Below, piece by piece: positions 11,701 through 23,700 of a stretch of DNA of 45,829 nucleotides. The notes beneath the pieces were generated by a model, which had not been told where the DNA came from, ran no database searches, and saw only the letters and a list, made by a program, of their open reading frames with translations. The translations under genes and the position numbers were made by a program. This stretch comes from Klebsormidium nitens. Taxonomy: Eukaryota; Plantae; Klebsormidiophyceae. Every line of letters begins with the position of its first letter. Position 1 is the first letter of the stretch. The stretch covers positions 1 to 45,829 of the forward strand of contig DF237609.1 in NCBI GenBank assembly GCA_000708835.1, in the 5' to 3' direction.

Positions 11701-14700
11701 AACCGCCTACAATCGGCGGCATCTTTTGGAATCTTAACTTGAAAGTTCTGATAAAGGTAAAGGTGATTGGTAAAGATAAACACTGAAATCCCGTTGCGAG
11801 AAAGCCACTCACCCTCTCCCTTCGAACGACTCCACCGCCGTGAGCAGCCTCTTCACGCGGTTGGCAGGAGTCCTGTTTATGGACGCCGCGAGCGCCTTCT
11901 CAAACGCGCCGAACGGAAGAGCTACTGACGTGGGTAGGTCAAACGACGGGTTTTTGGCCGCCTCTCGGAGCCGTGCGATGTTGAGCGACTTTTGGTTGAC
12001 GCCCCCGGAGGGGAAGTCCGACTCGGAAATCGCCCAAGCCTTGGGGGGTTGGGGCGGCTCTGCAGGGGTGGAGGATCTCCAAGAGGAAGCAGCGCGCTTG
12101 GCAACCGCGCCGTTAGAGGAGGCTGCAAAATGGGACGGGAAGCGTACAGGTCAAATTGGATGGCAAAGATTGGTATCTGTACGGAAGCTGTTCTTAACCT
12201 TGTTTGAGAAGCGGCGGTCAGCGGAGAAGCCAAACAAAACGGCTCTTAGTCTTTGGAAGTGGCCTCGGTGTGCCTCATGCGAACGACTCCTCTCCACTTC
12301 GACCGACGCACGAGGTTTCGAGCTCCCTCAGTAGACAATCCTTACAGCCTCAGTAGACAATCCTTACAGCCAACCATTTTCCTGGCAGTCACTGCGTCAA
12401 ATCATTTACGGTACGATGTTTCACATCCATGCCGATGCTCTCCTACATTCGTCACATCTGACGACATCAATCTCAAGACATAACCACAAGCCTGCTGCAG
12501 TCAACTTGCTCATACTTCTCTCTAGACCGCAGAAAGCCAAAAGAACTGCTGGTCCAAGCTTATGGTTACTGGTACGACTAGAGAAACACCTAGAGCAACA
12601 TTTCGCTCACCCTTTGCTTCGGACACTATGACGCTTCCCTTGGCATCCACAGTTGCGGACACGAACTTGCCGTCCAACGTCCGGATCTGCTCCAACTCGT
12701 CCGCATCAAAAGCAGTGGCGAGCAGGCAACCTGCGCAAAGAAGGCGGAATAACCCTCAGAACAGACGGTTCGGATGTGCATCAGCCGTAGCAGAAGGACT
12801 CTTCATGCTCTTTTGGAACAAAAGCGGGGCTTCCGGAACATACTCGGGGATATCCAGAACAAAAAGGCGGGTAGTACTGAAGCTATGCGAAGAGTTGTAT
12901 GTCCCAATTGTTTCAAAAAGAGACGAGATGCAACCATTATCGCCGAAGGACACGATAGTCATCATTCTACTTTAAAATAGTTTGACTCAGGTCAAACCGA
13001 GAGAGTCAAACCGAGATGGGTTGCGAGCGTAAGCAATGAATCCTGTTCCATTGCAGGTTGTACCAAACATAAGGGAATAGTCACAGGAGCACTTATACCC
13101 ATAGGTAGCATCACCGGACCAGTCAAACCAACTGAGACAGAGTCTCAGCGTAAGCGTCTTATCATAGCCTTTATATAGACACCACGCAAGGATTGACGTC
13201 ATACACGTCACTACAGAACAAGACAACCCACTGCTCACCTTCTTGAAAGCAAGCTAATGAGGGAAAAAGTAGATGCAACTTTACCACAGGGTCTGTTAAA
13301 GTGGTTCAAGAAGCACAAGTCGCTCAAAGCATCAAGAGATTTATCCCGCCAGTGCTGCATTATGGCAGATCCTTTTTGGCTGGACAATCACATGTCTGCC
13401 GACACCTGCACAAGGCTTGTCGGAAGTTTTGCTTCGCATTCGCAAGCTCACTCGCACATCTCATAGATAAGCACGAGGTTTCGCACAGTGGCTGCAATTA
13501 AACTTCAAATAAAGCTCCGCTGTTTATTGTTGAAGCTTGCCTTCGTCGACGCTCTACAAATCAAAGGGAAGGGTACGAAAGATGCCCCAAATCCTGAGAC
13601 GAGAACCCGGTCTGCCAAGGCCTCCGTGATTCCTTTCCTGAGCAAAATTGATGCTCAATCCGGAAATACGTCACGGCCTTCGTTCGACGAGCTTCAACCG
13701 CACTGTTCTGGATAGAAGTCAGACGTTATACCTCCTGATTCTTAGAAATCCAGAACAAACTTTATCCGGTGAATTGAAGAAATCTTTACATAACGGGGAG
13801 TACGATAGAATTCTGCTTAGGTGATGCAGTTAGCCCTTCGAAAATTTCCTTCGGCCATTTAAATAAAGAAACTCCAGAAAGAAGAAAGGGCGGGAGGGGT
13901 CCAGGGAGCGAAAACACCACCAAAAACAGTCCTTAAATTGGAACCAGATTGCCAGGATCACCAGAAGCTTGCGAGCGGCGCAGCTCAGATGCTCGAGGGT
14001 CTCGGCAACAGCTGACCTCGAGGACTGTCTGTGAGTACTACAAGGGGAAAACAAAACCAGAATGAGCCCGGGGGCATGCCAAGCTGGTGGAAAAGAAGAC
14101 GACAAACACGGTTACGTTGATAGCCACTCCGCTTGTCAAGTGTTACCAAAAATCTTGTGATTCTGACCTTGGTTTCGCGCCCTGATTGCCACGTGGCTCA
14201 GCACGTCCGTCGCGCTTGCGCTCAGCACCGCGACCACCCCCTCCGGGATGTCCTCCATCCCGCCGACCTGCTCCGCGACCACGATTCTTGGCTTCACGTA
14301 CTGCTCCCCCTGGATCTCCGCCAGTGACGTCAGCACCATGACGGTGCCCTCCGCAGCGGCTTGAGACACCACCTGGGAAGACCGGAAAGGGGTTAACGAG
14401 CTTTAACGAGCTATGCATTTTGGATAAGGTAGGCAAGATTTCTCTTAATTGTGCGTTGAGGATTTGGTGGAGAAAAGTCTTGTTCGAGTCTTTCAATCGA
14501 CATGGTCCAATAGAGTTAGTCTCGCAAGCGCCTCGCTCGGGTTTTTCGGACTGCAACGGAAAAGTCGCGAGCCCGTCATATATCTTCTTGAGGTTCTTGA
14601 CTCGCGTGGAATCAGTCGACGAACGCTTTGTTGTGCATACGATCATGCTCCCACGTCCACCGACTTTAGAGCGTTACTTTGTTGAAAATGACGAGTTTTG

Positions 14701-17700
14701 GGTCGTATATGGACGGCACGCAAAGAGCTGACCTTAGAGCAAACCAAAACTTTCACGATGACTGCTTTCCTTGGATCGCCGAGTTTGCCTCTTTTGCCAC
14801 GGAAAACAGGAAAAAGATTCGCATGCAGTCCCCGAGGAAAATTCCTTGAAGGAACACGCGTAGAGAATGACGTCCCATCAACCTCAGTAACGCGTTCCTG
14901 TAGACCATATTACCGCCCACAGTACGGCGGTTTCCTCAGACTGCAAAGCTGGCTACGTGTATCGCAAGGAGCCGTCTTCTGAAACGCGCATCCCGCTCAT
15001 AGGGCCTAACGTCACCCGGCTTAAACAGAGTACCCTGCCACGTCAGCAGACTGACTACGATCGTTACAACAAGTCTGACCAAAGGGTAGAAACTGTCCAA
15101 TCGTAGTCATCCGTATTGCTGGGGCAGAGAAGAGGTAGAATGGATACTCGATCGTATGTATGTATCCAAGAAGTTTTTGCAATCGGTCGAGCATTGCGAA
15201 TCCAGCCCATCAAGTGCTCCGTCAGAAACCCCTAAAAACCTCGATACTGAGGTAGGGTGAACGCTACAACCGGATTTTCGAGGAGATCAAACTTCCTTGA
15301 CGATTACACTCCCTAGGAGATTGGCGAGAAAAGCGCACCTGCCAGGAGCCGAGACCTGCGGCCGCCCGCAGCATGGGCTCCAGCTTCTGGACAAGGATGG
15401 ACAGTGGGAACAGGGACTGCGCGCGCACGACTTCCTCGCCAAAGTTGGTGACGTAAGCCTGACGCAAGGGGAAAGACGACGTTAAGAAACTTCTCTGTCG
15501 TCCTGTGCAGTATAATTATGTCACCAGCGGTTGATCTTACTGTCCGGTCGAAGTGGTGGCGGAAAAGTGCAGAAGACAGGCAATCTTTCAGCTCAATTTC
15601 CATAACACCGCAGACTTGGAGGTGTTGTGATTGAAAAGGAACCTTCGAGGTGAGTTCTGCTGAGTACGCGTCTATACGTTGGTCTTCGCTGACTTGCGAG
15701 ACCTTAGCACTGAGTCTCGACGGATGGCCCGTACACACGATGCTGAGACGCCACAGTCAAACGGATCAGGCAGATCCTTCTTGTTGTCCCAGTTTCCATT
15801 CCGAGCAACCAACAATCGGCTCAGAGCCTTGTCATCTTGCGTACGACGAAAGAAAAGATTCGATCCTCGAGCTCCACTCCAAGCGATCAACCATCGCCTT
15901 GAGCTTGATTCTGATTGGCAGAAGGGGAACGAGAATGGGAACGGAACCGGATTAGCCCTACCCGGTTGACCTTCGCCTTGGCGCCAAACAGCTCCGCGTG
16001 CGGCTGAACCAGGTTGTAGATCTCGTCCATGTAGTTTTCCAGGCCGAGAGACACTCGGTCCAGCGCGGCTTTCGCGAGCAGCGACCAGTCTTTGCCCCAT
16101 CGCTCCTGGTCCTTGATCTTGAACCACAGATCGCGGCACACCGCCAACTCTGCCGACTCGTTACCTGCCAAGGAAGTGCGCTCATTTAGTTTAGTGACTT
16201 ACGTAGACACGTCGGAAGCAGAGCAAGCACTGACCAGTCTTTGCCCCACGCTCCTCGTCCTTCACCTTGTTCCAATGGTCGCGGCACACCGCCAACCCTG
16301 CGGACTCGTTACCTGCGAAAAAGGAGAAGAATTTTCGAGCATAATAACCACGACAAGAATGAACAGCGAGCGGCAACCAATCTTTGCCCCACCGCTCTTG
16401 GTCCTTCACCTTGTTCCAAAGGTCGCGGCACACCGCCAACTCTGCTGATTCGTTACCTGCAGTGGAATTGGAGGACTTAACTTTGCGAATATGTATTTCA
16501 ATGCGTGGAGAGCGAAGACGGACCGCTTTCTGTGGATTCGCTCTTTGGCCCCTCAATCTGTTCCAAAGGTTTTAGGTACCATTCTGCCGACTCGTTACCT
16601 GCAGAACGGAAAGATTGTACGGAAAAGAAACTTCGAGCAAAGTAAGGAAGACAGGAACGAACGGCGAGCGGCAATCAGTCTTTGGCCCTCTGCTCTTGAC
16701 CGGTCACCTTGTTCGCGACACACAGCCAAGTCTGCCGACTTGTAACCGGCAAGGAGATTGCGCTAAATATGTTTCACCATCAGGTGGGCGGTTTCAAAAT
16801 AGAGCAAGCAGCGACCAGTCTTTGCCCAGCATTGTTCTACGCTCTGCCGACTCGTTTCTTGGCAGGAGAGCAACGTCTTAATCGCAGGTCTTCCAAGGCA
16901 AGGTTTTGCGCTCCAGTAAGAAAGGCGTCAAAATCGCAAGTGCATCCACATCTAATCCCTCTTTACTCTTTTGTGTCCGAGTTTTGGAGCTTCATTCCAC
17001 AACGCAAACATCGGTTCGATACCGACCAAACAGACAAACGCCGAGAGGAGAGTCTTCCAGCTCAGAAACGCGCCTGCCCATGATCAGTGTCTGCACCTAC
17101 GCACTATCAACCTTGACACCATGAAGGCGGCCTGCGTACAGCGCTTTAACCTCTCCGACCTCAGCCATAGACATCTCAGCCTCACCTATGTTTGCGTTCC
17201 GCAACATAAGCGCCACAAGCTCGACCAAATCATCCCACGCGATTAAGCTCTCGTTGATCGCCGCTCAGAACTCAGTCTTCAGCCTCAGCAATAACGCGTA
17301 CACAAATTGGCAATCTGCGAACGTCAACTTAGACAATTAAGTGCCTCGAAATAGCAACTTAAGACTCACCTATGTTTGCGTTTCGCAGCATAAGCGCCAC
17401 CAGCTCGATCAAGTCGTCTCCGCCCAGCGAGCTCTTGTCGACCGCCGCCATGCGCAGGCCGAAGTAGTTGTCGAGGGCGATGTCGAGCAGAAGCGTGTCA
17501 CGACCGGCCCAGTCCGCCCTCCACACGCCCTCAAGTTTCTCCCTCGCTTCCACCAGCTTTCCGGGAACCCACCTGAGGAATCAAGGCTGACAGGTTCAGC
17601 AATTCAGATTTTGTGTCAGCGTATCATTGAAAACCTTATATCCGGGTAGCGACATGTCTCATCCCCGCCGTTCCGCCTTCCAGACATGCTCGAATTTCTC

Positions 17701-20700
17701 CCTCGTTTCCACCAGCTTTCCAGGAACTACCTGAATGAGAAGAATCGATAAGTAGCTTCAGAATTGCTTTCGCAAAGGTAAACGGCCAGAAGTGTCTGTC
17801 GAGGGCGATGTCAAGCAGCAGCGTGTCGCGACCGGCCCATTCCGCCTTCCACACGTGCTCGAGTTTCTCCATCGCTTCCACCAGCTTTCTTGAAATTCAC
17901 CTGGATGAGAAGAGATGAAACGTAGCTTCAAAGTTGCTTTCGCAAAGGCAAACGGCCGGCAGCGGTCGTCGAGCAAGAGAGGATCACGGCCGGCCCAGTC
18001 AGCCTTCCAGACGTGCTCGACTTTCTCCCTCGACTTCACCAGCTTACCTGGGATCCACCAGAGGGATAACGATAAAAATGAGATTCAGAATCAGCGTTGT
18101 TGAGAGAGTCTAAATGGAAGATAATGAGTATAGCACAAAAGTATCGCATCTGGCACGGTCCAACTTTGGCACGGTCCAACTTTCAAACGTCCTCGAGTTT
18201 CTCCCGCGTTCCCATCAACTTCTCCGGGATCCACCTGGATGGGAAGAGGAGAGTGTGACTTCGAAGTTGCTTCAAAAAACCAACCGGCACAAGAGAGTAC
18301 TTGTCGATAACGATGTCGAGCAGACGAGTGTCGCGTCCGCCCCGTCTGCTTTTCAAAACGTCTCTCAAGTTTCCCTCTCGTTTCCTGAATCCAGCTAAGG
18401 AAAATAGGAGGGATGCGAATTCTGCTTCAATTATGAAGAAACCAATCCAATAAACCTGAACGGAAGATACTGAAGTCAAGTAGGGGCGGAGTCAAGGTCA
18501 GCCGAGTCCGCTTTTGACACGTGCTCGAGTTTCTCCCTCGTTATCACCACGTTGCCGCTGACATTTTCCGACCCTTGCAGGATGAGTTTAGGGGTGTGGC
18601 CCGTCTTGTCCAGAAAGACACCGGTCGGGCGACCAGAATTCAGATGTGCCACTTTTCCTTGATAAGCTGTGGTACTCTGAAGCGCCTTACCAAGCTTCTT
18701 CATCACCGAGGCTGCCGTACAGGTCGCCTTTTAGTTCGTTTGACAGTCAGCAACCCGCTTGAAATCAATACCCTACTCGATCGGCGATGTGCATCGAATT
18801 CCGAAGCGAATTTGGCCACGAGATCGTTGCGGCCCATCATTTTCTAACATCGCCCGTCGGGCGGATGCCTCCGCTGTCCCTCCATGAGTAAAGTAAGAAT
18901 GTCGTGGGCCTTACCAGGCTTCTCTGTCGCCGAGAATGCCGTACAGGTCGCCTTTGAGATCGTCCGACAGTTGGCCCTTGCTCATCTCCACCATAGTGTC
19001 CATGTTCGCGCCCGCGTGCACCGTCTTCAGAATCCACAAAAAGTGCTGCGAAAAAAAGGAAACGAACATCATTGATCCACAAGAGCGCATAAGACCACCT
19101 TCATCGTTGTGTCCATGTTCGCGCCCGCGTGCACCGTCTTCAAAATCCACAAGAAGTGCTGCGAAATCGGAAATAAAGAGTTCAGAAGATGGAAGAACCG
19201 GTCACAGGACTGATCTAAAGGGCTTCCGAGAATCTCTACCAGGACGTTCATGTTCGCGCCCGCGTGCACCGTCTTCAGAATGCACCAGAAGTGCTGCAGA
19301 GAAACCGAAAACGGAAAAGATCAAATTTCGGAAAGAATCGTCAGCTCAGAAACGCGCTTGGGTTAGGTTCCACCAGGCGTACGTGTTGGCGCCGGCGTGC
19401 ACCGCTGCGGAGAAACGTAAGGTTTCAGGAATCGGAAAGTTCGTCAATCGGAAAGATCGGACGTCCAGGGACTCGGAAGTTTGAACGAACGCTCAGACCA
19501 ACGTCACCATTGTGACCATGTTAGCGCCCGCGTGCACCATCTTCAGGATTCACAAAAAGTGCTGCACAAAATGGAGAGTAGATCAGAGACCGGACGATTC
19601 AGAAGCCAGAAGGATCAGAAGTCGGAAGGATCCGTAGAAGGTAAGACCGCTACAGACCACTTTCACATCTTGGCCCCCTCGTGCACGGTCTCTAGGATCC
19701 ACAAGTGCTGCAAAAAGAAAATGGAGTAGATCAGAACCAAACGGTTAAGGAGCCCACATGAATTAGTTTGGAAAGGATACGTAAGACCAAACAGCGCTTC
19801 AGACCACCTTTGACAGGGTGTCTATGTTGGCGCCCGCATGTAATGTCTTCAGAATTCAGAGGGAGTGCTGCAAAGGAGCGGAATACTGTTGTATACAAGC
19901 CTGGGCTTCAGTATCTGGTTGATTGTTCAAGACTTTCCTTTTATGAAACTTCGAAGGAACTAAAGATACTGCAGCTCAGATTTTGGGGCGGTCCGTTGAC
20001 TTGGAATGTTTAGTTTGGACGCTGCCCTAGGCTGAAGTATTGACCCAACACCGCAGAAAGGAAGAAGAAAGCATGAGCGAAACGCAAGACTACCAGGATT
20101 AGGGGAATGTGGTACGGTATATGCCTCGGCCCCATGCAGCGACTGATTAGTCCATCGGTTTGAGCTGCTCCCGCTGGCGCACATTTCCAGTTGTGCAACC
20201 ATTTTCATCAACAAGGTAAAACCAACAGTAAGCGTATGACTGATCCAAACGCTTACTTGAGAAGCAGGAATGAAATGCAGCAGGTGCATCGGCCACGCGC
20301 TAATCGGGCGGCCCATCTTTTCGAATGCTCCCACCGATGTACGTCGGAAACCAAACAATCACTAACCCAATAAGCAAAATAGGATAGACAATCACATGGG
20401 CGAAGCTCTAAGCTCACTTGGAAAGCGGGGATGAGGTGCGGCAGGTGCATTGGCCACGAGCTAATCGGATGGTCCATCTTTTCCAGCTGCTCTTTTGAGA
20501 TCTTGCCGTTGTCCCACAGCACCCGGAAGTAGTCGTCGTGGTTGGCAGTGTGCAGATATGCGAGGTACGCTTCGCAGATGGTGATGTCCTCGGGAGTCGT
20601 GTTGGTGTGCAGCTTTTGGTGCCACTGCTCCAAGAACTTCTCCTCGATGCCAGGCCTAGAGAACAGGAAACAGTGGTTTTCAGAGTCAGAGTTTTTTTAC

Positions 20701-23700
20701 CGGAATGCAAACTGGGAAACGTAGGAGAAGGGTCGTATCAATAGTAGTCGCGGACTCTTGCCGGATACTGCGTGTGGCCCTTCCTGAGTTCACGCTTCCT
20801 GTGACTTGCAGAGCGCCCACTTACAAGCTTCAAGTAGTTTTATTGCACATACGAGTCCTCTTCCGTTTCAAGATAAAGTAATCCCAGCCGATTGTGTTTG
20901 TTCAGAGTCCCCTCTTCATGTACAGCTTGTGTCCGCTCAGAACAAGAAAGGACGTTTCATCAGGATAGGCTCTGTACCTGTGTCCCTCCCTGATCCCGTG
21001 TTCTCGCATGATGTGCAGGATGCCCATTCGGATCTGCTCGGAGTCGCCTCCGCCTCTCGGAAGAGTCCCCATGGCCATGCGAGCGAATCGGCGGACCGCG
21101 GGGTCCATGGCAAAGCGGGACTTATCGTGCATCCCCTCTGCTAGAACCTGCACAAGATGACGTATCCTTGAGCATTGCGGTGACTGAAGGGGTTATTTCA
21201 TATGTTTAGTGCTCGGATATTTGATGATTTGGAGCATGTGGATCGAAAGGGGGGAACGAAGGAGGGTTCCTTGACGAGGCGGGCCTTGCGTGCATACCCT
21301 CCACTAGTACATTGCACCCGTTGAAATGCCATAAGCTTTGTGCCCGAAAAGAAGATTGTGAGGCATATGAAATGAACTTTATTAAGGAGGAAGCAGGGGA
21401 AGCCGGCGTTAGCCTGCAGCCCCTCCGGTAGTATCGGGCCAAGACCGACTGCCCATAAACTATGTGCCTGGCAAAATGTATCTCCAAGCTACGTGGCTTG
21501 GAGGAGCAGTGCTCGCAGCTTGCAAAAGCGGAGACCGGTTCAAAAGACACCGAGATGAGACTTTGTTTGAAAGACCCACCATGACGCTCTTTAACTACGT
21601 TCAAACCGTCCAAGGTTCCGACTTATCATGTGCGACAGCGTCAGATGTCAATCTTCTGTGACTGGACGCTTCCTGCCAAAGCCAGACATCATCACTGCTG
21701 CCAGACGTTGTTAACCGGACAACTTCCATCAGACGAACGTCAGAAGGAGACAAATTGCCTCACACACGATCAACAATCGGACTGTCTAGCAAAAGATGAG
21801 AAAAAGGTACACTCAATGGTGCACTCAGAGCGTAAGCAGGTTTGAAGGGCCTCGACATGGTTGGAACATTTGTGCGCCGAAGGCGCTAAAACTTCCATCG
21901 CACTCTCATAATCTGTGTTGGGCGTGCCGCTTTCATTAAGACAAGGGGGGTATATCAGCAGTACTGTTTCAGAACGATGAAAGGTCGGCTCCTGATACGA
22001 GCCATCCACACGTAAAAGCAGCATGTTGTTCTCCTGCATCAACCCAATCAGCTGCCCATAAGGTCACGGCTAACCAACAGCTCAGCGACTGATCGATAAG
22101 CATGACAGGTTCAACCCTGCCAAGAAGCCGCAGGCATCATAGCTGTAACTCACAGATGAAAAATTGTGGAGTCAATCACTATCGAGGGGGACTGTTTGAG
22201 ATAAACATAGATAAGGTAGCAAGCAGGTTCCGAGGAGCTCTACTTCCAGTTTCACGCTGCCAAACGTTGTTGTGCTCAGATTTCAACTGCCCACCACCGA
22301 ATTAAGGGACAATACAAGGGCAAAGAAGCAGGCTGGCCAGAAAGCGAAACAGCGAAAGAAGCTCAGGACAACCGTCGAGGAGACTGAGCAACGCGGCCAC
22401 GCAAATGAATAGAGGCAACTTAAAAATTGAGGCTGGGGCAGCATCAAACAAACGTCTTCATTCGGCTCTGGCTGTTGCCGCCATCCTGCTCGGTCATCAT
22501 TGCTGCCTCAGCAACTACTGCCAGCTATTTAAGTGCTTGACAGCTCGCGAAAGGCTCCGCAAAGCTGGCCTGATGCAAATTGAGATGCGTAAGAAAGGAT
22601 TGAGAAGCTCGCTTCGCAGGCCGCAGTTGTTTGTAGGGCACGTTAAACTACACTTGTTGCAGTCCTTCCTGTGACCGGGATTCACATGTGCTGAATCTGC
22701 GGAATTTATCTGGTAATACGTGGCGCCCGCTACTTCTGAAGCAAGTTGCCACACAAGGATGTTTTGAGAAACCAGGGGGTAGCTGCAGCTCCGCACGATT
22801 CCAATGAGAGTGCCTCGACGAAAGTTTGTTTTGGGTGCTGGCAACCGCCAACTGCTTCCGTTTCTTACCACAGGCTGACCTTATCAGAAGAGCGTTCGTC
22901 AAGTACGCACATGTCATATAGCAAGGCAAGCGTTTGGACCGCAAATCCTTACCGGCAGCATCAGAAGAGGCACGGAGCATACCTGCCCGGTTTGGAAGCA
23001 AGAGCTTTTCTCGTCGTTGCTACTCATGACTGGTACAAAGTGAAAGGCACGGCAAAAGGCAGCGGGTGAAAACTTCACAAGACCTCAAGCTCACAAGTGT
23101 GTTCGGAGCACGTGTCACACAGAGGGTGGAGAACCACATCATGGCCCCTGATTGAATCCACGTGGGCCTGAAGGTCCGTGCCGTTTGCTAAGCCAAATTG
23201 TACAGACGAAACACAAAAACAAGGCCAAAGCAACAGCGCTCAAGAATTGGTAGCGACCCATTGGAACCCTTGAACCTCTGCCAAGGCATGATGCGGAAGT
23301 AAAAGTTTCTTTAACTGCAACAATTGCGGGTTGATGGCAGAAACGGTGAGCAAGGCCCCATGCACACGACTTCGCGAATGTGCACAAGATCTCTGTCTCA
23401 TCACCTTGACCCCATTTGGCTCACGCTACCTCGAAAGGTGAGGCAGCTGCACATACCCACAAAATTGCTTTCCCACAAAGCTTCAGTGAGAGGTCCACAA
23501 ATTGCTTACTTCACTGTGGGCGACAGCTTCTGACGAAAGGAGTAGACTATTGACACGCAAAGCCTGTGAAGGGCAGTGCTCGTCACCGTTGTCCTTCGTT
23601 GATAAGGGCAGTGCTCGTCACCGTTGTCCTTCGTTGATAAAACGGAGATATTGGCACACAAAATACAAAACAGGGGGTCCCCAAACACCTGACGAAAGCT

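Noticed and set aside
18936-19484. 182-aa + strand ORF
   Set aside because: Antisense to exon 7 and its echoes, with no independent coding signal.
19105-19880. CRISPR-like look of regularly spaced repeats (also 10330-11170 and 16230-16870)
   Set aside because: The repeats are degenerate copies of the adjacent exon junction, the 'spacers' are homologous intron sequence, there are no cas genes, and the context is eukaryotic.
3030-20340. Echoes as mutually exclusive alternative exons
   Set aside because: The copies seen have only one splice junction, and many have stops or frameshifts. None is a complete cassette, although rare use cannot be excluded.
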